From an uncultured Thermoleophilia bacterium (lineage in GTDB: Bacteria; Actinomycetota; Thermoleophilia; UBA2241), in NCBI GenBank assembly GCA_964533575.1, contig CAZHMG010000006.1:51-64050 (forward strand): 64,000 nucleotides of DNA. Direction: 5' to 3'. The translations under genes were made by a program, and so were the position numbers. Positions 54,588 through 63,814 of this stretch are shown piece by piece. The notes below the pieces were generated by a model, which was given only the letters and a program-made list of their open reading frames with translations, made no database searches and was not told the DNA's origin. The first letter of the stretch is position 1. The number at the start of each line of letters is the position of its first letter.

Positions 54588-55355
54588 TCACATGGTTGTG
54601 TGTGCTCCCGCATCGACGTGGAGGATCTCGCCGGTGATTGCTCGTGCGAGATCGCTGAGCAGGAAGACGGTCGCGTCCGCGACCTCTTCCGCATCCACAT
54701 TGCGGCGCAGCGGCGTGTGGCCGGCGAGCAAATCCAGCATGCCCCCGAAGTCCTTGATCGTTCTCGCCGCGACAGTGGCGATGGGACCGGCTGAGATCGC
54801 GTTGACCCTGATGTTGCCCGGGCCAAGATCGGCGGCCAGGTAGCGGACGACGCTCTCGAGCGACGCCTTCGCGGGACCCATGACGTTGTAGTTGGGGACG
54901 ACGCGCCATGAGCCTGCGTACGTCATCGTCACGATGGCTCCATTGTGCTTCATGAGCCGTCGCGCCTCCCGGCTCACGGCAATCAGCGAGTACGAACTGA
55001 TGTCGTTGGCCTGGGCGAAGCCGGCCCGCGTCGTCTCGACGAAGCTGCCCTGCAGATCCTCGGCCGGCGCCCACGCGACGCTGTGAACCAGACCATCCAG
55101 CGTGGGCGTGACGATCGCCAGTGCGTCGATGGCTTCACGAATTGCGTCATCGTCGGCAACGTCGCACTCGATCATGGGCGCTCCGCCCAGTTCATCTGCG
55201 AGCGGCCGGACCCGTCCCTTGAGACGCTCGGACTGATACGTCAGGGCGACGGCGCCGCCATGGCGCTTGATCGCCAAGGCGACAGACCAGGCGATGGAGC
55301 GAGAGTTGGCGGCACCCATCACGAGATAGGTGCGTCCCTGCAGAAGACCGGTCAT
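54588..55355 (-). CDS. fabI: Enoyl-ACP reductase (NADH)
   Basis: GAANSRSIAW, CDV, VHSVAWA, DISSYSL, YNVMG.AKASLE, VNAISAGPI.T. ATGA overlap at 55355. Confidence 0.93.
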   Translation of the reverse strand: MTGLLQGRTYLVMGAANSRSIAWSVALAIKRHGGAVALTYQSERLKGRVRPLADELGGAPMIECDVADDDAIREAIDALAIVTPTLDGLVHSVAWAPAEDLQGSFVETTRAGFAQANDISSYSLIAVSREARRLMKHNGAIVTMTYAGSWRVVPNYNVMGPAKASLESVVRYLAADLGPGNIRVNAISAGPIATVAARTIKDFGGMLDLLAGHTPLRRNVDAEEVADATVFLLSDLARAITGEILHVDAGAHTTM

Positions 55356-56059
55356 GAGCCCTGCTCCTTCAGCGAGACTGGTACCCCGATGTGCGGCGGC
55401 TTCTCTGCAACCAGAAGGAATTGCCGCGCCCAATAATCGCGGAAGACGTACAGAGAGAACAACAGACAGGCGGCACGGATCGATCGGTAGCGCGTGAAGT
55501 ACGGTTCGACGCGCAGGACGTGCAGCCCCGCTCCTTCGAGGAGTGCCGTCATGTCCCGCTTGCCGAAGAAGCGCACATGAGTGTAATCGAAGATGCCGGA
55601 ATTGCGGCGAGGCCAGCGTTTGAACAGCAGATTATAGAAGACGACGACGTGCGCGACGTTAGGGATCGAGGCGACGACGAGACCACCCGGACGCAGGTGA
55701 GTCACGCTGCGGGCAAGCACCACGTGCGGCTCGACCAGATGCTCGAGGACGTCGCTGGCGAGGATGACATCGAACAGTTCGGGACCTAACACCACTGGGT
55801 CGAAGTCGGCGAGATCGCTCTGGACTACGGCATCCAGACGCCGGCGTGCTTGCTCGCACGCCGCGGCATCGCGCTCCACGCCTGCGACCCACGCAGCCCC
55901 GGCTCCTTTGAGGAGCTCCCCGTTATGGCCGCCGCCGCAGCCCAGATCGAGGATGCGGAGTCCACGCGGGTCGAAGAGTGCGAGGAACGCCGGCTTCGCG
56001 TCGCCGAAATATCGGCCACGGAATTCCTGGCTCAGCTGCGTCGTGGCGGGAGGCCTCAT
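55352..56059 (-). CDS. Class I SAM-dependent methyltransferase
   Basis: ILDLGCGGG, GVE, FDVILASDVLEHL..P, LRPGG..VASIPN, D.THVRFF. Confidence 0.85.
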   Translation of the reverse strand: MRPPATTQLSQEFRGRYFGDAKPAFLALFDPRGLRILDLGCGGGHNGELLKGAGAAWVAGVERDAAACEQARRRLDAVVQSDLADFDPVVLGPELFDVILASDVLEHLVEPHVVLARSVTHLRPGGLVVASIPNVAHVVVFYNLLFKRWPRRNSGIFDYTHVRFFGKRDMTALLEGAGLHVLRVEPYFTRYRSIRAACLLFSLYVFRDYWARQFLLVAEKPPHIGVPVSLKEQGS

Positions 56060-56108
56060 GCGCCCGAATCATAGCAGGGCGCCTCGCACGATGAGGTTTC
56101 TTGCCTGC

Positions 56109-56999
56109 TCAGGGCAGACGAACCTTATCCGGATCGACTTCTGCCGGTAGCGGGAGGGCGATTGCGTCGCGGCCGCTGTCGACAAAGAGCAGTTCGTCAT
56201 ACGGCGCCGGGGAGCTGGGATCGGGGGACGCTTGCGCTGGTGGAGACGAGCCTGGTGAGGCAGCCGTGCCGGGACTGAGACTCGGCTCGACCTTCCCAGG
56301 GCCGGCCTCTCCCCTGCCGAGATCGTCCGGGGCGAGGTACAGCACATGCAGCACGCCTGCTTGAGCCGGCGTGGTCTGCACACGCAGGCGGAGAACGGCG
56401 GGAGCAGAGCCCCGGAGCACGCGTATGACGTCGAAGCGCTGGAATCCATCCCTAACGATGCTCGCGCGCGCGACGAGCACAACACCATAGTGCCGCAGTG
56501 CCGGCTTGTCGGGAAGACGCTCCACACTGCCGACGGTGTCGTCCGCACGCGACGGGGTTGCCAGCTCCGGGGCTGCGTTGTCCCCGACGTTGACGGCGGT
56601 TCCATTCTGCTGCTGCAGAGCCACCCCTCCGGCAAGGGCAAGCAGCAGCGCTGCCGCGGCCGGCACAAGTATGCGGAGTCGGCGAGATGCCTTCGGCCGG
56701 CGCAGATGTTCAGCCGGCGAGGCCGGCGAAGCGGGTTGCAGGTAGGGGGTCAACCCCCTCCAGGCCTGTCGACGGACGTCGGTGTACTCCTCGTCGGGCG
56801 CGGGAACGGCGCGCCTGATCTGCCCTTCGATCACGTTAATCTCAGCGCGCAACGCGTCGATTCGGCTTCGGAGCGCCTCGTCCGCCGCCGCTGCCGTCTC
56901 GAGATCGGGATCGTCATCGAGGCCGAGCACGTGGGCGAGCAGGCGGTCGTCGTCGGGCACGAGCGGCTGCCTTCCTTCGCGCGGCGGGAGCTCAGTCAT
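56109..56999 (-). CDS. Putative anti-sigma factor (single TM)
   Basis: Overlaps the ECF sigma stop. Cytoplasmic helical N-terminus (LLAHVLG..D), one TM (ILVPAAAALLLALAGG), and a Pro-rich extracellular part. Confidence 0.6.
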   Translation of the reverse strand: MTELPPREGRQPLVPDDDRLLAHVLGLDDDPDLETAAAADEALRSRIDALRAEINVIEGQIRRAVPAPDEEYTDVRRQAWRGLTPYLQPASPASPAEHLRRPKASRRLRILVPAAAALLLALAGGVALQQQNGTAVNVGDNAAPELATPSRADDTVGSVERLPDKPALRHYGVVLVARASIVRDGFQRFDVIRVLRGSAPAVLRLRVQTTPAQAGVLHVLYLAPDDLGRGEAGPGKVEPSLSPGTAASPGSSPPAQASPDPSSPAPYDELLFVDSGRDAIALPLPAEVDPDKVRLP

Positions 57000-57528
57000 G
57001 ACGGTCGAACCCCCGTTCATCAAGGGAGGTCCTGAGCCGCTTCATCGCAGTGTGCAAACGCGACTTCACGGTGCCGACCGGGACATTCTGCGCGGCAGCG
57101 ATCTCGTCGAGCGCAAGGTCTGCGAAGAAGCGAAGGGCGACGCACTCGCGCAGATCGGGCGGGAGCGTCCCCAGCGCGTGCCGCAGGGCAGGATCGGCCG
57201 GACCACCGGGAGCATCGGCAGCGCCATCGACCGCGACATTCTGCAGCTTGTCGAGCAGCCCCAGTCGTGTCCGGCGCCGCCTGCCATGATCCCGCCCGGT
57301 ATTGAGGATGATGCTGTAGAACCACGGCAAGAGCGTCGCCTCGGGCGGGATGCTCGACCTGAACACCTTGATGAAGACGTCCTGCACAGCGTCGTCTACC
57401 TCCTCGCAATACCCTTGGAGGAAGAGGATCCGCCGCGCTTGTGGGGCGTAGCGGCGGAAGAATTCGACTCGTGCCTCTGGTTCACCCCTGCGTAGGCGGT
57501 CCGCCAGGCCGTGCGGCAGGTCCTCGAT
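56992..57528 (-). CDS. ECF (sigma-70 group 4) sigma factor; predicted start is non-canonical ATC
   Basis: LADRLRRGEPEA..EFFRRY, VDDAVQDVFIKVF, LLPWFYSI..N..RDH.RR, LP...RECV.LRF, L.EIA......GTVKSRLH.A. No ATG/GTG/TTG lies in frame upstream of 57387. Confidence 0.85.
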   Translation of the reverse strand: MEDLPHGLADRLRRGEPEARVEFFRRYAPQARRILFLQGYCEEVDDAVQDVFIKVFRSSIPPEATLLPWFYSIILNTGRDHGRRRRTRLGLLDKLQNVAVDGAADAPGGPADPALRHALGTLPPDLRECVALRFFADLALDEIAAAQNVPVGTVKSRLHTAMKRLRTSLDERGFDRHD

Positions 57529-57612
57529 CGTCTTCCTCCCAATGCAGAGTGAGAGACGCAGGCGCTCCCAAGCGCGTTCGCGCCGACTGCGAGGAAGTAT
57601 AGCGCCCCGGCG

Positions 57613-58518
57613 TCACAGGCCCAGGAGTCGCACTTCCTCGACCAGCGCGTGGCCGCTGTCTTCACGCACGCGCCGCTTAACCTCGTCCGCGAGGGCAACG
57701 ATGTCGGCGGCTGTCGCGCCGGGGAGAGCTATGAAGAAGTTCGCGTGCTTCTCGCTGACTCGGGCCTTGCCGAAGGTGAGGCCCTTAAGGCCGGCCGATT
57801 CGATCAGTGAGGCCGCCGGAAGCTCACGTGAGGGGTTCTTGAAGTAGCTGCCGCAGGTCGCATACTCGAGCGGATGCTTGCCGCGGCGGAGCTCGGCATC
57901 GGCGGTCACTTGCGCGCGCAATCCATCTGGCTCTCCTGGTTGCAGAGCAAACGTCGCCGACAGGACGATCAGGTCGGGCAGTTGCTTGAAAAGGCTGGTG
58001 CGATAGCCGAACTCCAGCTCGCCGGGCGCCTTGACATGCTCGGTTGCTCCGTCGAGGAGGTGCACGCCGAGGAGCGCCTCGCTGACAGAGCGGCCATACG
58101 CCCCGGCGTTGCCGACAACCGCCCCGCCGACGGAGCCCGGGATGTTGCCGGCAAATTCGAGACCGGCCCACCCGAGATCGGCCAATTCGGCGACGAGCGT
58201 CGGCAGCTCGGCCCCGGCTTCGACGCGCAGCACACGATTGTCGATGCTCCACGAACCGTTGCGTGTGAGGATGGTCAAACCGGACAACCCGGTGTCGGCC
58301 ACCAGGACGTTGGTTGCTTGCCCGAGAACCGTCAGAGGAATGCCGTGCTCTCGTGCGGCTCTCACTCCATGGACGAGTTGGTTCGTCGTGGTGGCACGCA
58401 AGAGGAACTCGGCGGGGCCTCCGACATGATACGCGCACAGCGGCGCGAGAGGCACCGCCTCCTCAAGACCGGGCAGCTCTCGCTGCAGGACATCGCGGAT
58501 TCGACTCATGACGGCCAT
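57613..58518 (-). CDS. murB: UDP-N-acetylenolpyruvoylglucosamine reductase
   Basis: YHVGGPA, LGQATNVLV.D, GLEFAGNIPGSVGGAVVGNAGAYG, F.YRTS, GSYFKNP, SEKHANF, EEV..LG. The start may be ATG 58509. Confidence 0.93.
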   Translation of the reverse strand: MAVMSRIRDVLQRELPGLEEAVPLAPLCAYHVGGPAEFLLRATTTNQLVHGVRAAREHGIPLTVLGQATNVLVADTGLSGLTILTRNGSWSIDNRVLRVEAGAELPTLVAELADLGWAGLEFAGNIPGSVGGAVVGNAGAYGRSVSEALLGVHLLDGATEHVKAPGELEFGYRTSLFKQLPDLIVLSATFALQPGEPDGLRAQVTADAELRRGKHPLEYATCGSYFKNPSRELPAASLIESAGLKGLTFGKARVSEKHANFFIALPGATAADIVALADEVKRRVREDSGHALVEEVRLLGL

Positions 58519-58553
58519 GGTACCAGCATCGATATGGCGGCGGCCCGAGCCCC

Positions 58554-58582
58554 TTGACGGCACGAAGAGCGGGCCATAAAAT
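58554..58582 (+). promoter_or_regulatory. Strong sigma70/sigmaA promoter of rrf2-metY
   Basis: TTGACG-17 nt-TAAAAT. Confidence 0.75.
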
Positions 58583-58640
58583 ATCCAAAGCCTAGGAACA
58601 ACTAGGAATGGATGGTGGCGCACTTTGTGGGCGGAGGCCT

Positions 58641-59060
58641 GTGCAACAGTGCTCGTCGAAAAGCGACTACGCGATAAAGGCGCTGGTGTGTCTTGCTTTG
58701 GACGGCGGTGACGAGCCGGTTCAGGCGCGGCGGATCGTCGCCTTCGCGGGCATCCCTCCGAAGTACCTCGACCAGGTGATGCATGACCTCCGGCACGGCG
58801 GCTTGGTCGAGAGCAGACGTGGCTCCGGCGGGGGCTATGTCTTGGCGCGCCCCCCCGAGAAGATCAGCTTCCTGGATGTGACTGATTTGATTGACGGCTC
58901 GCATGGCGGTAAAGGTCGAATGCGTGACGGCGGCCAGGCGGAACTCCTGGTCACACCCGTGTGGGACGAGGCGAGGGAGTGCCTGCGCCGGATCCTTCGC
59001 TCGGCGACGATTGCCGACGCGGCGGCCCGCGCCTCCACCGAACCGATGTATCACATCTGA
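58641..59060 (+). CDS. Rrf2-family regulator without Fe-S cysteines (CymR-like)
   Basis: [38 protein letters not shown]-terminal MYHI. GGAGG RBS before GTG 58641. Confidence 0.88.
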   Translation: MQQCSSKSDYAIKALVCLALDGGDEPVQARRIVAFAGIPPKYLDQVMHDLRHGGLVESRRGSGGGYVLARPPEKISFLDVTDLIDGSHGGKGRMRDGGQAELLVTPVWDEARECLRRILRSATIADAAARASTEPMYHI

Positions 59061-59071
59061 CAGGAGACCCC

Positions 59072-60370
59072 ATGAGCTCAAATAATGCACCGACGTTCAC
59101 CGGGTTCGAAACGCTCGCGCTTCATGCCGGCCAAGAGCCTGACTCGGCGACGAATGCCCGCGCAGTGCCCATCTACCAGACCACATCCTACGTGTTCAAC
59201 GACGCGGAGCATGCCGCCGACCTCTTCAGCCTGCGGCAGGCGGGAAACATCTACACGCGCATGATGAACCCCACGACGGATGTGTTCGAGAAGCGGGTCG
59301 CCGCTCTCGAGGGGGGCGTGGGCGCGTTGGCCTTCTCATCTGGTTCTGCAGCCATCACCTTCGCCGTTCTCAACATCGCCGGCGCCGGCGATCACATCGT
59401 CAGCGCCAACAGCCTGTACGGTGGCACGTACAATCTCTTCGTGCACACGCTGCCACGCTTTGGACTCGAAATCGACCTTGTGGACCCGGCTGATCCCCAG
59501 AACTTCCGGCACGCGATCAAGCCCAACACCAAGGCGATCTACGCCGAAACCGTCGGTAACCCGAAGCTCGACACGCTGAACATCAAAGCCGTCGCGTCGG
59601 TCGCCCACGAAGCGGGCATTCCCCTCATCATCGACAATACCCTGACGACGCCCTATCTCGTGCAGCCGTTCGACCATGGCGCGGACATCATCGTGCACTC
59701 AGCCACGAAGTTCATGGGCGGCCACGGTACGTCCATCGGCGGCGTGGTTGTCGATGGCGGCTGCTTCGACTGGACACAGAACGACAAGTTCCCGGGACTC
59801 GTCGAGCCTGATGTCAGCTATCATGGACTGAGGTTCTGCGAGGCGCTGGGATCGGCCGCCTATATCGTCAAGCTGCGTGTCAGCCTTCTGCGCGACATCG
59901 GAGCGGCGCTCTCCCCGTTCAACGCGTTCCTTCTCTTGCAGGGTCTGGAGACTCTGCCGCTTCGCATGGAGCGCCACAGCGCCAATGCCTTGCGGGTGGC
60001 GCAGCACCTCGAGCAGCACCCGAACGTGAGCTGGGTGAGCTATCCCGGGCTTGCGTCTCACCCTGCGCATGAAACGGCGCGCACGTACCATCATCGCGGC
60101 CTCTACGGGGCGATCATAGGGTTCGGCATCAAGGGCGGGCGTGAGGCGGGACGCCGCTTCGTCGAGAGCACCACGCTGCTGTCGCACCTCGCCAACATTG
60201 GGGACGCCAAGTCTCTCGTCATTCATCCGGCCACGACGACACATTCGCAGCTGAGCGCAGAGGAGCAACTGCTGGCCGGAGTGAGCGATGACTTCGTCCG
60301 TCTCTCGATTGGTCTCGAGACGATCGGAGACATCCTCGAGGACATCGACCTGGCCCTCGCTCCGGCGTGA
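59072..60370 (+). CDS. metY: O-acetylhomoserine aminocarboxypropyltransferase (sulfhydrylase)
   Basis: [60 protein letters not shown]. Confidence 0.95.
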   Translation: MSSNNAPTFTGFETLALHAGQEPDSATNARAVPIYQTTSYVFNDAEHAADLFSLRQAGNIYTRMMNPTTDVFEKRVAALEGGVGALAFSSGSAAITFAVLNIAGAGDHIVSANSLYGGTYNLFVHTLPRFGLEIDLVDPADPQNFRHAIKPNTKAIYAETVGNPKLDTLNIKAVASVAHEAGIPLIIDNTLTTPYLVQPFDHGADIIVHSATKFMGGHGTSIGGVVVDGGCFDWTQNDKFPGLVEPDVSYHGLRFCEALGSAAYIVKLRVSLLRDIGAALSPFNAFLLLQGLETLPLRMERHSANALRVAQHLEQHPNVSWVSYPGLASHPAHETARTYHHRGLYGAIIGFGIKGGREAGRRFVESTTLLSHLANIGDAKSLVIHPATTTHSQLSAEEQLLAGVSDDFVRLSIGLETIGDILEDIDLALAPA

Positions 60371-60491
60371 CGGTCATCGCCTGGGCCGTGCCGAGGAGGA
60401 ATGAGGGAAGGCGCACGATGTGCGCCGCGCGTAGAATGGGGGACGGGCGGCTCGTTCACGCCGCCGATCCTTCCTCCGTCCGCAGCAAGCA

Positions 60492-61697
60492 ATGACCGAC
60501 GCCAGAGACAAGCTGACCAAAGAGATCGGCGACGTGCCGATCGGTACGGGCGACGACGTCGCCTCGGCCGGTATCGTCAGCCCCCAGTTCGTCACCTTCT
60601 CCCAGCCGACCGAGCGTCTTAAGCTGGAGGGCGGCGGCCGACTCGGTCCGTACACGCTGGCCTATCAGACCTACGGGAACCTCAGCGAGCGCCGTGACAA
60701 CGCCATCCTCGTCACTCATGCCTTGTCGGGGGATGCACATTGCGCGGGACTTCACCAAGCCACGGACAAACGTCCAGGCTGGTGGGACATGATGGTTGGT
60801 CCCGGCAAAGCTCTGGACACCGACAAGTACTTCATCATCTGCTCGAACGTGATCGGCGGCTGCAGCGGCTCCACAGGTCCATCCTCCATCAACCCAGCCA
60901 CGGGTCGGCCCTTCGGCACCGACTTCCCCATCATCACCATCGGCGACATGGTGAATGCCCAAGTCATGCTGATCGACCACATGGGCATCAGCAAGCTGCT
61001 CGCCGTGGTGGGCGGCTCCATGGGCGGCATGCAGGTGCTGGAATGGGCGATCTCACACAGTGGCCGGCTGCATCTCTGCGTGCCACTTGCAACAGCCGCG
61101 CGGCAGCCGACGCAGGCAATAGCCTTCAACGAAGTCGGCCGCCAAGCCATCATGGCCGATCCAAATTGGAGTGAAGGCCACTACTACAGCGGATCTGCGC
61201 CGGCCAAGGGCCTCAGCGTCGCGCGTATGCTGGGTCACATCACCTACCTCAGCGACGAGGCCATGCAGGAGAAGTTCGGACGCCGGCTGCGGAACATCCA
61301 CGATTATTCGTTCACGTTCTCGGCCGACTTCGAGGTTGAGAGCTACCTGCGCTACCAGGGGTTGTCGTTCACGGACAGATTTGATGCGAACACGTATCTC
61401 TACATCACTCGAGCGCTCGATTACTTCGACCTTACCAGGCAGCACGGGAGCCTTGTGCAGGCCTTCCGAGGTGTCAGGGCCCGCTTCCTCGTGCTGGGTT
61501 TCACGAGCGACTGGCTGCATCCGCCCTATCAGCTCAAGGAGATCGTGAGCGCGTTGCGGGCCAGTCACAAACACGTGAGCTACTATGAAGTCGAGAGCCA
61601 TTATGGCCACGACGCCTTCTTGCTCGAGCGCGAGAAGATGGAAGGTGTCGTCGCCGCCTTCCTGGCCAGTGGCGCCCGCACCTACTCTCTCGGCTGA
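60492..61697 (+). CDS. metX: Homoserine O-acetyltransferase
   Basis: HALSGD.H, GWWD..VGPG, SNVIGGC.GSTGP, GGSMGGMQ, ARM..HITY, YGHDAFLLE. Confidence 0.95.
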   Translation: MTDARDKLTKEIGDVPIGTGDDVASAGIVSPQFVTFSQPTERLKLEGGGRLGPYTLAYQTYGNLSERRDNAILVTHALSGDAHCAGLHQATDKRPGWWDMMVGPGKALDTDKYFIICSNVIGGCSGSTGPSSINPATGRPFGTDFPIITIGDMVNAQVMLIDHMGISKLLAVVGGSMGGMQVLEWAISHSGRLHLCVPLATAARQPTQAIAFNEVGRQAIMADPNWSEGHYYSGSAPAKGLSVARMLGHITYLSDEAMQEKFGRRLRNIHDYSFTFSADFEVESYLRYQGLSFTDRFDANTYLYITRALDYFDLTRQHGSLVQAFRGVRARFLVLGFTSDWLHPPYQLKEIVSALRASHKHVSYYEVESHYGHDAFLLEREKMEGVVAAFLASGARTYSLG

Positions 61698-61701
61698 TCA
61701 C

Positions 61702-62298
61702 ATGCGACGGATCGACTACGCGCTGATCGAAGGCCTCGTCCCGACGGGGGCGACCGTTCTTGATCTCGCCTGTGGAGACGGAGAGCTGCTCCACGAGCTC
61801 ATGACCACGAAGAGAGTGCACGGCAGCGGGGTCGAGGTCTCCAAGGAAGCCGTTGAAGCGTGTGTCGGCAAAGGTCTGTCGGTGTTCCACGGCGACCTCG
61901 ATGAGGGTCTGGCCGACTTTGCCGATGGGTCACACGACGTCGTCATCCTGAGCATGAGTCTGCAGCAGCTGCGTCGGCCGCGAATGATCGTTCGCGAGAT
62001 GGCGCGCGTCGGAAGTCGATGCATCGTCAGTTTCCCGAACTTCGCTCACTGGGTGCCGCGAGTGCAGCTTGCCCTGGGCGGGCATATGCCGGTGTCTCGG
62101 GAGTTGCCGTACGAGTGGTGGGATACCCCCAACATACACCTCTGCACCATCAAGGACTTCCGCGGGCTCTGTCGGCAGGAGGGGTTCGTGATCGAGCAGG
62201 AACTCTTCCTCACGAACGTCCGAAAGGAGCCGTCCCGTCGCGTACTCGCCCCCAATCTCATGGCCCGTATCGCCATCTTCCTGGTCCGTCGCCAGTGA
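61702..62298 (+). CDS. metW: Methionine biosynthesis protein MetW
   Basis: VLDLACGDGELL, GDLDEGL..F.D.S.D.VILS, SFPNFAHW, WWDTPNIHLCTI.DF. Confidence 0.92.
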   Translation: MRRIDYALIEGLVPTGATVLDLACGDGELLHELMTTKRVHGSGVEVSKEAVEACVGKGLSVFHGDLDEGLADFADGSHDVVILSMSLQQLRRPRMIVREMARVGSRCIVSFPNFAHWVPRVQLALGGHMPVSRELPYEWWDTPNIHLCTIKDFRGLCRQEGFVIEQELFLTNVRKEPSRRVLAPNLMARIAIFLVRRQ

Positions 62299-62444
62299 CG
62301 CCAGCAAACTTTGTGACGACGTTCAAAGGGGCTACACTGTGGGTACGCTTTGCGCCCCGAAGACCGGCGTGAGTGTCACAGGGGGGCGCCATCCAGCCCT
62401 CCAGTGCGACAAGTGGATGCGCCGCGAGACAGAAGGAGACAGAA

Positions 62445-62795
62445 GTGCCTCAGGGTAAAGTCAAATGGTTCTCGGCCGAGAAGGCCTACGGCTTCATCGA
62501 GCAGGAGAACGACAACGACATCTTCGTGCATGTCACCGGTCTGGCTCACGGCGTGACCACCCTCGAGAAGGATCAGCTCGTCGAGTACGAGACGGAGCAG
62601 GGGCGCAAGGGACCGCAGGCGACGAACGTCAGGCCTACGGCGGCGCCCGCCTCAGGCGTCGAGCAGGAGACGCCGCAAGAAGAGGCGGAAGAAGCTGCTG
62701 AGGAAGCGGAAGCAGAGGAAGCGGAAGCAGACGAAGCGTCAGAAGACGAAGCGTCAGAAGAGGAAGCGTCAGAAGAAGAAAAAGAAGAAGACTAG
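62445..62795 (+). CDS. Cold-shock domain protein with an acidic low-complexity tail
   Basis: GKVKWF..EK.YGFI (RNP1), DIFVH (RNP2), GRKGPQATNV, then about 50 aa rich in E/A/S. AAGGAG RBS and GTG 62445. Confidence 0.92.
   Translation: MPQGKVKWFSAEKAYGFIEQENDNDIFVHVTGLAHGVTTLEKDQLVEYETEQGRKGPQATNVRPTAAPASGVEQETPQEEAEEAAEEAEAEEAEADEASEDEASEEEASEEEKEED
62703..62777 (+). repeat. Five tandem 15-bp coding repeats
   Basis: GAAGCGGAAGCAGA(G/C) x2 then GAAGCGTCAGAAGA(C/G/A) x3, encoding EAEAE/EAEAD/EASED/EASEE/EASEE. Confidence 0.9.
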
Positions 62796-62811
62796 CAGCG
62801 ACATCTGCGGC

Positions 62812-62860
62812 AGGGCCAGCTGCCCCGGGAGTGTTCCGGGCAGCTGGCCCTTCGTTTCTT
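62812..62860 (+). terminator. Intrinsic terminator of the csp gene
   Basis: GGGCCAGCTGCCC..GGGCAGCTGGCCC stem followed by TTCGTTTCTT. Confidence 0.75.
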
Positions 62861-62896
62861 CCGATCCGGATCGTTGAGGCATGATAGGGAGGGGCA

Positions 62897-63544
62897 ATGA
62901 TCGACGGCATCCACTGGCTCGGGCACGACACGTTCCGCATTGAAGGCTCGAGCATCGTGTACTTCGACCCGTGGAAGCTTCCGCGCTCGGCTCCGCCCGC
63001 GGACGTCATCCTCGTCACGCACGAACACTACGATCACTTCAGCGTCAAGGACATCGAAGCGGTTTCCCATCAGGGAACCGTGCTCGTGGGACCGTCATCC
63101 GTCACCAGCGCCCTCGAGAACGTGAAGGGGCTTTCGCTCATCACGATCGAGGCTGGACAGACGGTTCAGGCGGGTGCAGTCACCGTAACGGCGTTTCCCG
63201 CCTACAACACAGATAAGTTCCGGTCTCCCGGCGAGCCGTTCCATCCCAGGCAGGCGGGAGGGCTCGGATACGTCATCGACATGGATGGGCGGCGGATCTA
63301 TCATGCCGGCGATACGGACAGGATTCCGGAGATGGGCGCAGTGTACTGCGACGTCGCATTCCTCCCGATCGGCGGGACGTACACGATGACAGTGGACGAA
63401 GCCGCGATCGCGTGCGAACTCATACACGCCTCGGTGGCTGTGCCCATGCACTACGGAGACATCGTCGGGAACCGGGCGGACGCTGCGCGCTTTGCCGAGG
63501 CGAGCCGTCTTCCCGTGACCATCCTGGTGCTCGAGCGCTGTTAG
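62897..63544 (+). CDS. MBL-fold metallo-hydrolase
   Basis: WLGH..F.I, FDPW, LVTHEHYDH, YHAGDT, LPIGG.YTM, PMHYG. Confidence 0.88.
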   Translation: MIDGIHWLGHDTFRIEGSSIVYFDPWKLPRSAPPADVILVTHEHYDHFSVKDIEAVSHQGTVLVGPSSVTSALENVKGLSLITIEAGQTVQAGAVTVTAFPAYNTDKFRSPGEPFHPRQAGGLGYVIDMDGRRIYHAGDTDRIPEMGAVYCDVAFLPIGGTYTMTVDEAAIACELIHASVAVPMHYGDIVGNRADAARFAEASRLPVTILVLERC

Positions 63545-63566
63545 CGCCCGGAAGCAGGGAGGATCG

Positions 63567-63779
63567 TCAGTCCTCGGCCCACTCGAGGACAACCGCCTCT
63601 TCAGGGCAGGCTTCGGCGGCGCGCTCCACGGCGTCCCACAAGGTCTGGTGCGGCAACGGCTCGAGCACCTCAGCCAAGCCGTCGTCCCGCAGGAAGAACA
63701 CGTCCGGGCAGACTTGTTCGCAGGCGCCAACCCCGGTACAACGCTCGTAGTCTATGGAGGCTTTCAGCTTGTGTGACAT
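63567..63779 (-). CDS. Monocluster ferredoxin (probably [3Fe-4S])
   Basis: CTGVGACEQVCPDVF ... ACPEEA; the second motif Cys is replaced by Val. TACTCT lies 6 nt before ATG 63779. Confidence 0.85.
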   Translation of the reverse strand: MSHKLKASIDYERCTGVGACEQVCPDVFFLRDDGLAEVLEPLPHQTLWDAVERAAEACPEEAVVLEWAED

Positions 63780-63814
63780 AGTCCGAGAGTACACGGGAAA
63801 AACGGGAGGGCAGA

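Noticed and set aside
59061-60491. SAM-I/S-box riboswitch for the met genes
   Set aside because: No AUC..AGA / GCAACC / GUGC core upstream of rrf2, metY or metX.
62703-62777. Tandem repeats as a mini-CRISPR
   Set aside because: The units are contiguous with no spacers and are in frame within the csp tail.
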